Positions 36,137 to 46,639 are shown, counted from the first letter of the stretch. The stretch: 64,000 bases of DNA from an uncultured Gammaproteobacteria bacterium (GCA_964519725.1 CAZFKS010000001.1:49406-113405), one strand, 5' to 3'. Made by a program: numbers and translations. Notes: generated by a model from the letters alone, not told the origin.

Positions 36137-37330
36137 ATGTCAAACCAATTTACGGAAAATTTTCCCGCCCTAAAAACCAATTCTGAATTGGTGTATTTGG
36201 ATTCAGCGGCCAGCAGTTTGAAATGTGAGGTGGCGATTGAAGCGATGGAGAAATATTATCGCGAAAATGGGGCAAATATTCACCGTGGTTTGTATGATTT
36301 GTCAGAAGCAGCAACCGCGCAGTACGAAGACGCACGGCAGACCGTGGCGAATTTTATTAAGGCTGAAAAAAACGAAATTATTTTTACTAGCGGTACAACT
36401 GGTAGTTTAAATTTGGCCGCACGTTTATTAGAACAAAAAATTAAACCTGGTGATGAAATTGTTTTGACCCGGTTTGAACATCATGCGAATTTAATTCCGT
36501 GGCAACAGGTGGCCAAACGCACAGGCGCAGTTTTAAAATTTATTGAACTTGATGCGGATTATCATTTAGATTGGCAGTCAGCGGAACAAGTAATTGGGCC
36601 AAAAACAAAAATTGTGGCCTTTAGTGCGGCTTCAAATGTGCTTGGGACACTTATAAATGTTAATGAATTAGTGCGAATTGGCAAAAAATATAATGCCTAT
36701 ACCGTAGTTGATGCGGCCCAATACGCCGCGCACCGTGAAATTGATGTCAAAGCCTGGGGCGCAGATTTTGTCGCTTTTTCTGGGCACAAATTATATGGCC
36801 CAACTGGGCTTGGGGTTTTATTTGGAAAAAAAGAATTATTAGCTGAATTAGAACCAGTAAATTTTGGCGGGGACATGATCCGCACTGTAACCTATGAAAA
36901 TTCGACCTGGGCAGATGTGCCATACAAATTTGAACCAGGTACACCACCAATTGCTGAAGTGATTGGACTGGTAGCCGCAATTAAATTTATTGCGAGTATT
37001 GGATGGGATAATTTATCCAATCATGAAAATGAACTTGTAAATTACGCACTCCAAAAATTAACTGACGTGAATATTATTGGACCAAAAGGGGACAGACGTT
37101 TGCCAATTTTCTCGTTCACGCTTGGTGATGCGCACCCACATGATGTAGCGGAAATTTTAAATCGCGAACACATTGCCGTGCGTGCTGGTCACCACTGCGC
37201 CATGCCGCTCATGAATCATTTGGGCTTGGTTGGCACTACACGCGCGTCGTTTGGGATGTACACAACCAAAAAAGATATTGACCAATTGGCAGCCGGAATT
37301 ATCAAGGCCAAAGAAATTTTAAAAGTATGA
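36137..37330 (+). CDS. sufS: cysteine desulfurase SufS
   Basis: group II desulfurase motifs incl. HKLYGPTGLGVL and RAGHHCA; start ATG 36137. Confidence 0.85.
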   Translation: MSNQFTENFPALKTNSELVYLDSAASSLKCEVAIEAMEKYYRENGANIHRGLYDLSEAATAQYEDARQTVANFIKAEKNEIIFTSGTTGSLNLAARLLEQKIKPGDEIVLTRFEHHANLIPWQQVAKRTGAVLKFIELDADYHLDWQSAEQVIGPKTKIVAFSAASNVLGTLINVNELVRIGKKYNAYTVVDAAQYAAHREIDVKAWGADFVAFSGHKLYGPTGLGVLFGKKELLAELEPVNFGGDMIRTVTYENSTWADVPYKFEPGTPPIAEVIGLVAAIKFIASIGWDNLSNHENELVNYALQKLTDVNIIGPKGDRRLPIFSFTLGDAHPHDVAEILNREHIAVRAGHHCAMPLMNHLGLVGTTRASFGMYTTKKDIDQLAAGIIKAKEILKV

Positions 37331-37695
37331 GCGAAGACTTTGACCCAATTTACCAAGATTATATTTTAGATTTATATCGCCACCCACATAATCAGGGAGT
37401 AATTGAAAATGCGGACGCAAGTGCCGAAGAATTTAATCCATCTTGCGGGGACCGAATTAAATTAACCCTTAAATTCGCTGGTGATGTTTTGGTTGAGGTA
37501 AAACATAGTGGCCAAGGTTGTGCCATTTCTCAGGCTTCGGTTTCACTGTTAACTGACTTTGTAAAAAATAAAACGCGCGCAGAATTGAAAACTATGACTG
37601 AAGCTGAGGCCACGGAATTACTTGGTATTCCGATTAGCCATACCCGCCGCAAATGTGCCATACTAGGCTTCATAACCCTTCAAAAAGCCTTATGA
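37327..37695 (+). CDS. sufU: SUF-system Fe-S scaffold SufU (NifU-like)
   Basis: GDRIKLTLKF...GQGCAISQAS. Confidence 0.8.
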   Translation: MSEDFDPIYQDYILDLYRHPHNQGVIENADASAEEFNPSCGDRIKLTLKFAGDVLVEVKHSGQGCAISQASVSLLTDFVKNKTRAELKTMTEAEATELLGIPISHTRRKCAILGFITLQKAL

Positions 37696-38099
37696 ACTAT
37701 TGGTTAATGAAAACAGAGGCCAGCACTTTTTCCTGGGATGATTTGGTGAGAGATGGAGAGGCTGAATGGACGGGCGTGCGGAATTACGCGGCACGCAACC
37801 ACATGAAAGTTATGCAGGTTGGAGATGAAGTATTTATTTACCACAGCAATGAGGGCAAAGAAATTGTGGGCGTGGCGAAAGTTATTAAACTCGCACACCC
37901 TGACTCCACTGATAATACCGGCGTTTGGGAATGTGTAGACGTAGCGCCAGTGAGAAAATTAAACCGCGCCGTTTCACTAGAAGAAATTAAAAAGATACCT
38001 GAATGTAAACAAATGAAATTAGTTACTCATGGCCGTTTGTCAGTGCAGCCAGTGACCAAAGAAGAGTGGGAAACAATTATCAAATTGAGCGCTAAATAA
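37692..38099 (+). CDS. EVE (PUA-like) domain protein
   Basis: MNYWLMKTEASTFSWDDL...WTGVRNYAARNHM... typical EVE fold signature. Confidence 0.55.
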   Translation: MNYWLMKTEASTFSWDDLVRDGEAEWTGVRNYAARNHMKVMQVGDEVFIYHSNEGKEIVGVAKVIKLAHPDSTDNTGVWECVDVAPVRKLNRAVSLEEIKKIPECKQMKLVTHGRLSVQPVTKEEWETIIKLSAK

Positions 38100-38100
38100 T

Positions 38101-38826
38101 ATGTCACTAAAAATTTCACAATTAAAAATTTCGGTTGAAAATAAAGAAATTGTTCATGGTGTTACTTTGGAAGTGCAGCCTGATGAAGTGCACGTAATTA
38201 TGGGCCCAAATGGCAGTGGTAAATCAACCCTGGTAAATACGCTCGCTGGGCACCCAAAATATGCTGTGACCAATGGAACAATTTTGCTAGATAATGAAAA
38301 TATCACTGAAGCTAAACCAGAAGAGCGCGCTAAACTGGGCTTATTTTTATCACCCCAATATCCACCAGAAATTGCTGGGGTAAGTATTGCGAATTTTTTG
38401 CGCCTCGCCGTTGGCGCCAAGCGCGGTGTGAATTTAAATCCACTGGATTTTTACAAAGAGTTAAAAGCAGCCATGAAAAAATTAGACATTGATGAAAGTT
38501 TTGCCAAACGCGCGATTAACAGTGGTTTTTCTGGTGGTGAAAAAAAACGCGCCGAAATTTTGCAGCTCGCACTCCTCGAACCAAAGTATGCTTTGCTTGA
38601 TGAAACTGATTCTGGTTTAGATGTTGATGCACTCCGGATTGTCGGGGAGGGGATTAATAATTTTCAAAATCCTGAACGCGGAATTTTGCTCATCACGCAC
38701 TACGCGCGCCTACTTGAATATATCAAACCAACTCACGTGCACATTATGCGTGACGGCCAAATTATCAAAAGTGGTGGCCCAGAATTAGTGGCTGAAGTTG
38801 AAGCCGAGGGTTACACCAAGGTATAA
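38101..38826 (+). CDS. sufC: Fe-S cluster assembly ATPase SufC
   Basis: Walker A GPNGSGKST, signature FSGGEKKR. Confidence 0.85.
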   Translation: MSLKISQLKISVENKEIVHGVTLEVQPDEVHVIMGPNGSGKSTLVNTLAGHPKYAVTNGTILLDNENITEAKPEERAKLGLFLSPQYPPEIAGVSIANFLRLAVGAKRGVNLNPLDFYKELKAAMKKLDIDESFAKRAINSGFSGGEKKRAEILQLALLEPKYALLDETDSGLDVDALRIVGEGINNFQNPERGILLITHYARLLEYIKPTHVHIMRDGQIIKSGGPELVAEVEAEGYTKV

Positions 38827-38835
38827 TAAGAATCT

Positions 38836-39285
38836 ATGAAGCAAGAAATTATTGTCATGGATCACCGGCTCATTCGCTTTTTTAAATATCACAATAATAG
38901 TATTGCGCGTGTCGGTTTGTTTGTGATTTTCTTTTGGTTTGGGCTCCTGAAAGTTTTAAGTTTAAGTCCAGCCACACCTCTAGTCACAGCACTATACACT
39001 AAAATTTTTGGTACTATTGGCATGAGTGAATTTATGATTGGTTTTGGTGTATTTGAAATGTTAATTGGGATTTTATTTTTAATTAAAGGCGCGGAAAGAA
39101 TTGTGTTACCACTCTTGGCCGCACATTTATTCACCACGTTTTTACCCTTGATTTTATTACCTAATTTAGCCTGGACTGGAATTTTTGTGCCAACGCTTGA
39201 AGGTCAATACATTATCAAAAATTTGGCGTTAATTGCCGCAGCCGTGAGCGTGGGCGCACATTTGCACGAACTGAAAAAAGTATGA
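38836..39285 (+). CDS. hypothetical membrane protein (4 TM)
   Basis: hydrophobic segments only. Confidence 0.35.
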   Translation: MKQEIIVMDHRLIRFFKYHNNSIARVGLFVIFFWFGLLKVLSLSPATPLVTALYTKIFGTIGMSEFMIGFGVFEMLIGILFLIKGAERIVLPLLAAHLFTTFLPLILLPNLAWTGIFVPTLEGQYIIKNLALIAAAVSVGAHLHELKKV

Positions 39286-39569
39286 TCACTCGCGAAGCGA
39301 TTATTGAAGAATTAAAAAGAGTGTTTGATCCAGAAATTAATTTGGATATTTGGACCATGGGTTTGATTTATGAAATTAATATCAAAAGTGATAACGAGGT
39401 GCACATTCTCATGACCTACACCACGCCTATGTGTCCGTTTGGTCCAGATTTAAATCGTCAAATTGAAGAAAAATTACATGACCTCGGTTTTGAAAAAGTA
39501 GAAGTTGAGGTTACTTTTAATCCGCCCTGGAAAGCGAGCGACGAACTACGAACCATGCTAGGAATTTAA
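39282..39569 (+). CDS. DUF59/MIP18-family Fe-S assembly protein (SufT-like)
   Basis: ITREAIIEELKRVFDPEINLDIWTMGLIYEI. Confidence 0.6.
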   Translation: MITREAIIEELKRVFDPEINLDIWTMGLIYEINIKSDNEVHILMTYTTPMCPFGPDLNRQIEEKLHDLGFEKVEVEVTFNPPWKASDELRTMLGI

Positions 39570-39571
39570 AA

Positions 39572-39594
39572 AACTGCCGCGCGGCAGTTTTTTA
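39572..39594 (+). terminator. rho-independent terminator AAACTGCCGCGCGGCAGTTTTTT
   Basis: read directly. Confidence 0.6.
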
Positions 39595-39675
39595 TTTACC
39601 TTGATTTTTTATTATAAATAAGCTAAATTAAGCGCGCTTTGACAGCGTTTACCAAGGGGGTGAGCGACTTGTCGA

Positions 39676-40569
39676 ATGGGGGTATACATGAATCTCACAG
39701 TCGCGCCGACCGCCATTAAGGCGGTCAACGAAGCGCTCGAACACAACGACCGAGTGGGCTGGAAGCCCGCGCTCGGCCTCGTGCTCGGCACGGGCCTCGG
39801 CAAGGTTGCCGAGCTCGTCGAAGATCCCATCAAACTGCCTTTCAGCAAGCTGTGGCCCGAGGTCACCAGCAAACTGGAGGGGCACGCCAAGGAGCTCATT
39901 CTCGGCGACATCGGGGGTCTCCCGGTCGCGGTCTTCTCCGGACGGATCCACGGCTACGAGGGGTACGAGCCGAACGTCGTGGTTCAGCCGGTACTGCTCG
40001 CGCAGGCGCTCGCCGCCGAGAGCATCGTGCTGACGAACGCGGCCGGCGCCCTGAACACTGACCTGGCCAAGGGCCAGATCCTCGTGCTCAGCGATCATAT
40101 CAACCTCACCGGGCGCTCGCCGCTCAAGGGCCCGAACAACGAGGCCCTGGGCACGCGCTTCCCGGGACAGGGGGCCATCTACGGCCGCCACAAGGACCTG
40201 ACGGCCCGCGTCATGAGCGAGTTCAAGGCCACAGTCCTCAAATCGGGACAGATCGAGCCGCGCAACGGCGTCTATCTCGGGGTCAACGGCCCTGAATTCG
40301 AGACCCCGGCTGAGGTCAAGATGATGCGCGGCCTCGGCGCCGACGTCGTCGGCATGTCGACGGTCCACGAGGCCATCACGGCCAACTGGCTCGGCCTCGG
40401 CGTCATCGGCCTCAGTCTGGTGACCAATGCCACGGGCACGGCCCACGAAGAAGGCGAGATCTCGCACGCCGAAGTGCAGGAAGCCGGCCGAGAAGCTGGT
40501 CCTCGTCTCGTGAAGTTCACGAAGCTCCTTCTGGAGGCGTACCGCAAGGACGTCTTCAAGAAGAGCTGA
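39676..40569 (+). CDS. purine nucleoside phosphorylase (PNP/MTAP family), encoded in a ~65% GC island
   Basis: GTGLG P-loop-like, LTNAAG, VGMSTVHE motifs of PNP family 2; the 454-aa antisense ORF 39649..41013 is a GC-frame artefact. Confidence 0.7.
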   Translation: MGVYMNLTVAPTAIKAVNEALEHNDRVGWKPALGLVLGTGLGKVAELVEDPIKLPFSKLWPEVTSKLEGHAKELILGDIGGLPVAVFSGRIHGYEGYEPNVVVQPVLLAQALAAESIVLTNAAGALNTDLAKGQILVLSDHINLTGRSPLKGPNNEALGTRFPGQGAIYGRHKDLTARVMSEFKATVLKSGQIEPRNGVYLGVNGPEFETPAEVKMMRGLGADVVGMSTVHEAITANWLGLGVIGLSLVTNATGTAHEEGEISHAEVQEAGREAGPRLVKFTKLLLEAYRKDVFKKS

Positions 40570-40718
40570 AGGGCCGCTGTCTGTGCGCCCATCGCCCCTC
40601 CTCTCTGGGAGCGCCCGCGCGCTCCCACCCCAATCCTTTCTCTCCGCCCGCCAGGGTGGAGTTTTATTTAGGGTTTTACTTTTTCTAAAATGTGGTATTA
40701 TTGAGCTAATTATTTTAT

Positions 40719-41006
40719 ATGTCCGAACCAAAACTCCCTGATAATTTACCTGATGAAATTTCCCAAAAAATCCGCGCTGGCGGCAAAATCCGCCGCATTG
40801 TGGTTGATCGTCAAGCTTGCATTGGGGCGCGCTCGTGCGTAGTGGTAGCGCCCGGCGTCTTTCAAATGGACGACCAAAATTTGGCCTATGTGACTGATCC
40901 AGACGGAACTGACGAAGATACAATTTTGATGGCCGCGCAATCGTGTCCAGTGCTCGCGGTAAAATTGTACGACGAAGACGGGAAACAAATTTTTCCTGAA
41001 GAATAA
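40719..41006 (+). CDS. ferredoxin (Cys-x-x-x-x-Cys ... CysPro type)
   Basis: CIGARSC...AAQSCPV cluster ligands. Confidence 0.6.
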   Translation: MSEPKLPDNLPDEISQKIRAGGKIRRIVVDRQACIGARSCVVVAPGVFQMDDQNLAYVTDPDGTDEDTILMAAQSCPVLAVKLYDEDGKQIFPEE

Positions 41007-41015
41007 AAAACAAAA

Positions 41016-41037
41016 ATCCGCTCGAGGCGGATTTTTT
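41016..41037. terminator. bidirectional terminator ATCCGCTCGAGGCGGAT flanked by A- and T-runs (ferredoxin / clpB)
   Basis: read directly. Confidence 0.55.
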
Positions 41038-41049
41038 AATTGCTGAATT

Positions 41050-43689
41050 TTATTTAATTATTAATTTTTCCTTTTCCACATCAACTTTTACGCTTTGCCC
41101 CTCAAGAGCTTCGCCTGAAACAATCTTCATAGCTAGGGGATCGAGCAGTTCAGTTTGAATAACACGCTTCAGTGGGCGCGCACCTAGGTTTGGGTCATAG
41201 CCTTTTTTGGCCAGCCAATCTTTGGCCTCAACTGAAACTTCCAGTGAAATTTTTTGTTTAGCCAAACGCGCCGCCACAATCGCGATTTGTTTGTCTACAA
41301 TTGAACGCACTTGTTCCTCAGCGAGTGGATGGAAAACAATGATTTCATCAATGCGGTTTAAAAATTCTGGTTTAAAATAATCTTTGAGGGCGTCGCGCAC
41401 CTTGGTATTCATTTTTTCTTCTTGCGCTTCGCTACTAGCACTTTTCTTTTTATCATTAAACCCAAAATCACCGCGGCGACCCATTTCCATGATCACTGAG
41501 CTCGCAATATTACTGGTCATAATGATCACTGTATTTTTGAAATTCACTTTACGGCCCTTGGCATCAGTCAGGTGACCATCTTCCAAAATTTGAAGCATGA
41601 TGTTGAAAATATCTGGATGGGCCTTTTCCACTTCATCAAACAAAATCACCGAGTATGGTTTGCGGCGAATAATTTCGGTCAGTTGGCCACCCTCATCAAA
41701 CCCAACATACCCAGGCGGGGAGCCAATGATCCGGGACACTGCGTGTTTTTCCATGTATTCAGTCATGTCCACGCGGACCAAAGCCTCGTCATCATTGAAC
41801 AAAAATTCAGCCAGTGATTTGGCCAGCTCAGTTTTTCCCACGCCAGTTGGTCCCATGAAAATAAAGGAACCAATCGGGCGCTTTTCTTCCGCAATCCCAG
41901 CGCGGGAACGGCGAATAGCATTGGAAACTGCAGTAATTGCTTCGTCCTGACCAACTACGCGCTGACGCAGTTCATCTTCCATGCGCGTGAGTTTTTTAGT
42001 TTCATCTTCTAACATTTTTGCGACTGGAATACCAGTCCAGCGCGCGACCACCGCCGCAATGTCTCGCTCAGTGACTTCTTCTTTTAAAATCCCACGCGTT
42101 TTTTGAATGTCTAATAGCTTATCTTGTAATTTTTGAATTGCTTCCTCAGTGGTCGGAATTTTTCCGTAACGAATTTCCGCCACTTTTTGCAAATCACCGC
42201 GACGCTCTTCAATTTCGGCTTGTTGTTTTAATTTATCAATTTCTTTTTTGTAATCACGAATCTTAGTAATAATTTCTTTTTCATTTTGCCACTGCATTTC
42301 TAGGGCCTGAGTTTTTTCTTTTAAATTCGCGAGTTCTTCTTTTAATTTTTGTTGGCGTTCGCGTGACTCAGCATCATCTTCTTTTTTAAGGGCACGCAGT
42401 TCAATTTCAATTTTCATGGCCTGACGTTTCATTTTATCTAGGTCATCAGGCATGGAATCAATTTGCATTTTGAGGGCAGACGCGGCTTCGTCAATTAAAT
42501 CAATCGCTTTATCAGGTAAAAAACGGTCAGTAATATAACGGGTCGATAAAGTCACTGCCGAAACTACGGCTGGGTCAGTAATGCGTACACCGTGGTGGAC
42601 TTCGTATTTTTCTTTAATCCCACGCAAAATTGCGACCGCATCATCTTCATTTGGTTCATTCACAGTGACCGGTTGAAAGCGACGTTCAAAGGCCGCATCT
42701 TTTTCAATGTGTTTTTGGTATTCTTTAAGCGTGGTAGCGCCAATAATATGCAGTTCACCACGCGCGAGACCAGGCTTTAACATGTTGCTGGCATCAACTG
42801 CCCCGTCAGACGAACCAGCCCCAACAATGGTGTGCAGTTCATCAATAAATAACACCACCTTACCGCGCGCTTCAGTAATTTCTTTAATTACGGCTTTAAA
42901 CCGTTCTTCAAACTCACCGCGGAATTTTGTGCCGGCAATTAACGCCCCAATATCAAGCGAAATAATTTCTTTATCTTTTAAGTTTTCTGGGACATCACCA
43001 TTCACAATTCGTTGTGCTAAGCCCTCGGCGACAGCGGTTTTACCTACACCTGGTTCACCAATTAACACTGGATTATTTTTAGTGCGGCGAGTTAAGACTT
43101 GCATCACGCGGCGAATTTCATCATCCCGCCCAATTACTGGATCAAGTTTTTCTTTGCGCGCGCGATCAGTTAAATTAATTCCATATTTTTCCAGGGCCTG
43201 ATATTTACTTTCTGGTTCTGGTGAGTCCACGCGCTGATTACCCCGAATCGTGGCCAGGGTTTTTAAAATATCTTTGTAATTTACCCCCTGACGCGAGAGT
43301 GCGTCACTAATGGGATTTTTATTACCCAAAAAGGCGAGTAATATGTGCTCCACACTAATGTACTCATCATGCATTTTGCGCGCCTCTTGGTCAGCTGCTT
43401 GCAAAATATACATGGTGGCCTGACCTAAGAGCACTTGACCAACAGTGCGCGGGCCCATGAGTTCACCTTGCTTAGGTAGAGAATCAATTAAATTTTGAAC
43501 CTCATCACTCAGCTGTTCCGTATTGACGTTTAATTTTTTGAGCGCTGACAAAACCACACCCTCTTCTTGATCTAAAAGGGCCAAGAATAAGTGAGGTGGT
43601 TCAACTTGCGGCTGACCATTTAAACTGGCAATTTCTTGCGCGGCCTGAATCGCTTCTTGAGATTTATGGGTAAAATTTTGTGGGATCAT
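41050..43689 (-). CDS. clpB: ATP-dependent chaperone ClpB
   Basis: two AAA+ modules ([16 protein letters not shown]), coiled-coil middle domain. Confidence 0.9.
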   Translation of the reverse strand: MIPQNFTHKSQEAIQAAQEIASLNGQPQVEPPHLFLALLDQEEGVVLSALKKLNVNTEQLSDEVQNLIDSLPKQGELMGPRTVGQVLLGQATMYILQAADQEARKMHDEYISVEHILLAFLGNKNPISDALSRQGVNYKDILKTLATIRGNQRVDSPEPESKYQALEKYGINLTDRARKEKLDPVIGRDDEIRRVMQVLTRRTKNNPVLIGEPGVGKTAVAEGLAQRIVNGDVPENLKDKEIISLDIGALIAGTKFRGEFEERFKAVIKEITEARGKVVLFIDELHTIVGAGSSDGAVDASNMLKPGLARGELHIIGATTLKEYQKHIEKDAAFERRFQPVTVNEPNEDDAVAILRGIKEKYEVHHGVRITDPAVVSAVTLSTRYITDRFLPDKAIDLIDEAASALKMQIDSMPDDLDKMKRQAMKIEIELRALKKEDDAESRERQQKLKEELANLKEKTQALEMQWQNEKEIITKIRDYKKEIDKLKQQAEIEERRGDLQKVAEIRYGKIPTTEEAIQKLQDKLLDIQKTRGILKEEVTERDIAAVVARWTGIPVAKMLEDETKKLTRMEDELRQRVVGQDEAITAVSNAIRRSRAGIAEEKRPIGSFIFMGPTGVGKTELAKSLAEFLFNDDEALVRVDMTEYMEKHAVSRIIGSPPGYVGFDEGGQLTEIIRRKPYSVILFDEVEKAHPDIFNIMLQILEDGHLTDAKGRKVNFKNTVIIMTSNIASSVIMEMGRRGDFGFNDKKKSASSEAQEEKMNTKVRDALKDYFKPEFLNRIDEIIVFHPLAEEQVRSIVDKQIAIVAARLAKQKISLEVSVEAKDWLAKKGYDPNLGARPLKRVIQTELLDPLAMKIVSGEALEGQSVKVDVEKEKLIIK

Positions 43690-43698
43690 AAGGGATTA

Positions 43699-43725
43699 TT
43701 AGCACTCTTATAGTCTGAGTGCTAA
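43699..43725. promoter_or_regulatory. CIRCE operator (HrcA binding site) TTAGCACTC-N9-GAGTGCTAA, perfect consensus, in clpB 5' region
   Basis: read directly; overlaps -10 of the minus-strand promoter. Confidence 0.8.
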
Positions 43726-43752
43726 TATAACGCGCCTTGCCAAAGTTGTCAA
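43724..43752 (-). promoter_or_regulatory. clpB promoter TTGACA-17-TATATT on minus strand
   Basis: reverse complement of 43747-43752 is TTGACA, of 43724-43729 is TATATT. Confidence 0.55.
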
Positions 43753-43798
43753 GAAACGCTATATTTAAGCTTAGTATAGCATAATTAAGTCTTCTTTT

Positions 43799-44284
43799 AT
43801 GAAAAACCTAATTTTAATCAGCCTAGGATTCTTATTCATTGGGGCTGGCTGTTCATACAAATACCAAGCCAACTGGGATACCCAAGATCGGGGAGAGGGT
43901 ACTAGTGACCGTCCGGCCTGCAATCTAGAGGGCGAGGAGATGTATCCAGAATTGTCATGTTGTGGCAACCTCCAACCAATCACTACTGCCGAGGGTAAAA
44001 AAATTTGTATTTCGCCTACTGACCAAAATGCAGCCAAATCACCAAATAACAAACTATCAGGTTATTGCATTGATGCGGGTCAACAAGCGGGTGAGGCACC
44101 ATGTTGCCCAGGCTTAGAAGAAGTCGCCGTTGACCATGCTTACAGTATTTGCAGTAAGCCACCAGGATACAAACCACGGGTTTGCGCGGCGCCAGGTGAA
44201 ATGTTGACCCAAGATACGCAAAATTGTTGTGCTGGTTTAGAAGCCGAAGAAGTAAATGGCCACTGGATTTGTCAACAAATTTAA
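43799..44284 (+). CDS. Cys-rich lipoprotein, hypothetical
   Basis: lipobox IGAGCS; 12 cysteines. Confidence 0.4.
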   Translation: MKNLILISLGFLFIGAGCSYKYQANWDTQDRGEGTSDRPACNLEGEEMYPELSCCGNLQPITTAEGKKICISPTDQNAAKSPNNKLSGYCIDAGQQAGEAPCCPGLEEVAVDHAYSICSKPPGYKPRVCAAPGEMLTQDTQNCCAGLEAEEVNGHWICQQI

Positions 44285-44288
44285 TACC

Positions 44289-45044
44289 ATGACTTCAGTT
44301 TTAGGGATTAAAGTTTCGGCAGTGAACAAAAAAGAGGCACTTGGTACTGTGCAAAAATTTTTGCATTCAGAAAAATCACATTACATTTTCACCCCTAATC
44401 CAGAAATGATAGTGGATGCAACCCGCGATCACAATTTTAAAGACGCCCTCAATCAAGGTGATTTAAACTTGTGTGATGGTTTTGGTTTGTCATTATTTGT
44501 CAAATCTGAACGCATTCCGGGCGTTGATTTTATGGTAGAGTTATGTGCCCTAGCATCTAAAGAAAGAAAATCAATTTACCTGCTCGGTTCAGGCGATGAA
44601 GAAGTGCTCATAAAAACAAAATTATTTTTACAAACTAAATTTCCCCAATTAAAAATTGCTGGCGTGCATCCAGGCTACACAATTAAGCTGCGCCAGACTG
44701 AAGCAGGGAGCATGTTAACCTATAATTCTAATGAACGCGACGAGGTGACTCATGACATAATTATGCGCGCGCCTGATATTTTATTAGTGGCCTTTGGGCA
44801 CAATAAACAAGAACAGTGGATTGTAGAAAATGTACCGAATCTACCAAGCGTTCGTGTGGCTATGGGTGTGGGCGGAGCCTTTGATTTTCTGTCAGGCAAA
44901 GCCACACGCGCACCGCGGTTTTTGCAAGTCATTGGCTTAGAGTGGTTATGGCGGTTAGCGCTGCAACCACGTCGTATCAAAAGAATTTTAAATGCCGTTT
45001 TTGTCTTTCCTTTTTTGGTCTTGAGGAGTACAATAAAATCATGA
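44289..45044 (+). CDS. WecB/TagA/CpsF-family glycosyltransferase
   Basis: conserved ...LLVAFGHNKQEQWI... region of TagA family. Confidence 0.65.
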   Translation: MTSVLGIKVSAVNKKEALGTVQKFLHSEKSHYIFTPNPEMIVDATRDHNFKDALNQGDLNLCDGFGLSLFVKSERIPGVDFMVELCALASKERKSIYLLGSGDEEVLIKTKLFLQTKFPQLKIAGVHPGYTIKLRQTEAGSMLTYNSNERDEVTHDIIMRAPDILLVAFGHNKQEQWIVENVPNLPSVRVAMGVGGAFDFLSGKATRAPRFLQVIGLEWLWRLALQPRRIKRILNAVFVFPFLVLRSTIKS

Positions 45045-45415
45045 ATAAATTCCTACGACCACTGACCGGCGTAATTATTTCCCTATTTGCCATAGTATCA
45101 ATTTTTAGTTTGGCTATTGTCAGCTGGCAAATGAACCGAGCAGCAGAATTGGCTCATCCTAGCAGCTGCCCATTTTTGGCTCACCAATCCGCCGTGTGTC
45201 CGATGGATTTTACTGACCATTTGGCCATTTGGCAAAAAGTTACTCAGTCAGAGATTGTTAAAAAAATATTTTTCACATTTTTTTCTGCCATAATAGTTGT
45301 AAGTGGACTGATCTTTCTTAAATTCAAAACATACACCCGCTCTTCCTGGTCAAAGACTAGTACTTCTATAGCTTGCTTGTTTTTGCCGTCCTCATTACAA
45401 CCACGTGCACCATAA
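45041..45415 (+). CDS. hypothetical membrane protein
   Basis: start ATG 45041 MNKFLRPLTGVIISLFAIV. Confidence 0.3.
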   Translation: MNKFLRPLTGVIISLFAIVSIFSLAIVSWQMNRAAELAHPSSCPFLAHQSAVCPMDFTDHLAIWQKVTQSEIVKKIFFTFFSAIIVVSGLIFLKFKTYTRSSWSKTSTSIACLFLPSSLQPRAP

Positions 45416-45460
45416 TTAGTAGATTAGTTAATAACCTTTTATTATCCTAATCTTTACAAT

Positions 45461-45877
45461 ATGGACAAAAAAATTATTGCTGGATTCGTGGCTACTTTTG
45501 TATTAAGTGTATTAGCCACTTGGTGCATTGTACACTGCCAAAACTATTCTCGCGATCTCAAAAACGTAGCGGCAAATAAGCACTGCAGTATGATGGCCAA
45601 TAAAGAAGAGGCTGGCATGGGACATTCAATGGACAGTATGGAACACCAAATGATGACCATGACTGGGGCTTTGGAAGGTAAAACTGGTGATGAACTAGAT
45701 TTAGCCTTCTTACAACAAATGATCGTACATCATGAAGGCGCGGTTATGATGGCCAAAAAATTAGTAGCTGGCACCAACCGTCCAGAGCTTAAAAAAATGG
45801 GGGAAGATATTATTCGCGTTCAGACTACTGAAATCGAACAAATGGAAAGTTGGCTTACAACCTGGTTTGGGAAATAA
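45461..45877 (+). CDS. DUF305-domain protein
   Basis: FLQQMIVHHEGAVMMAK characteristic of DUF305. Confidence 0.6.
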   Translation: MDKKIIAGFVATFVLSVLATWCIVHCQNYSRDLKNVAANKHCSMMANKEEAGMGHSMDSMEHQMMTMTGALEGKTGDELDLAFLQQMIVHHEGAVMMAKKLVAGTNRPELKKMGEDIIRVQTTEIEQMESWLTTWFGK

Positions 45878-45955
45878 TCCTGACTAAAAACAAGGAGCGG
45901 CTTTGTAAAGCCGTTCCTTGTTTTTTAACTAATTTTATAGTAAGGTAACCACACT

Positions 45956-46639
45956 ATGAACCACTCTAAAATTTTTCTTCTCCTAAGCACAGTCTTATTA
46001 TTAACTGGCTGTGGTCATTTTACTCAAACCAGTCTACAGGAACAAGATTCAGTACGTGACCCAGAAGAAGACGTGGTCGCCAGTGGTGTCTTAGATCCAA
46101 ATCAAACCACCTATTCTTTAGCTGACCGGGCTAGTTGGTATGAAAAATTAAATTGGCCAAAAAGTTGTGAAGAAGATTTTTCGTTTTCAAACACTGGTGA
46201 TTTAACTGACCCAGCTGGTATTGCTTTTTACAATACCGATAGTGACGAATATTTATTGCGCGTTGATTGTTCTTTAGGCGCTTACCAAAAAAGCATGGTG
46301 TTTATGTTGGTAAATATTAATGGTAAGAATATTTCTGGCGGGCAATTAGAGCAACAAGTGTATAACCCGGAAACTAAAACCGTGGAAATTAGTGATGCTG
46401 AAGATGGACAATTCATTGGTTTTGATTCGTTTGACTCAAAAACTAAATTACTCACCATTTACACCAAAGACCGCGGGGTAGGAGATTGTGGCAGTCACAG
46501 TACGTATCGTTTGAAAAATACTGATCTGGAGTTAATCAAAGAAGCGTATTTAAGTTGTGAGGACGCTGATGCTTTCCACTTGAAAAATCCAAACACTGAA
46601 ACTATGCCAGAGTGGCCAGTGATTTTCGAGAAAAAATAA
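45956..46639 (+). CDS. lipoprotein, hypothetical
   Basis: lipobox LLTGCGH. Confidence 0.4.
   Translation: MNHSKIFLLLSTVLLLTGCGHFTQTSLQEQDSVRDPEEDVVASGVLDPNQTTYSLADRASWYEKLNWPKSCEEDFSFSNTGDLTDPAGIAFYNTDSDEYLLRVDCSLGAYQKSMVFMLVNINGKNISGGQLEQQVYNPETKTVEISDAEDGQFIGFDSFDSKTKLLTIYTKDRGVGDCGSHSTYRLKNTDLELIKEAYLSCEDADAFHLKNPNTETMPEWPVIFEKK

Noticed and set aside
35851-36180. ORFs in the GC-rich sufD-sufS spacer (82 aa plus, 96 aa minus)
   Set aside because: No RBS or promoter context. The minus ORF would start inside sufS. These are likely open frames from the GC bias.
39649-41013. 454-aa minus-strand ORF spanning the PNP island and the ferredoxin gene
   Set aside because: Antisense to a well-supported PNP gene. 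Arg/Pro/Ala-rich translation typical of open frames in high-GC DNA. No start context.
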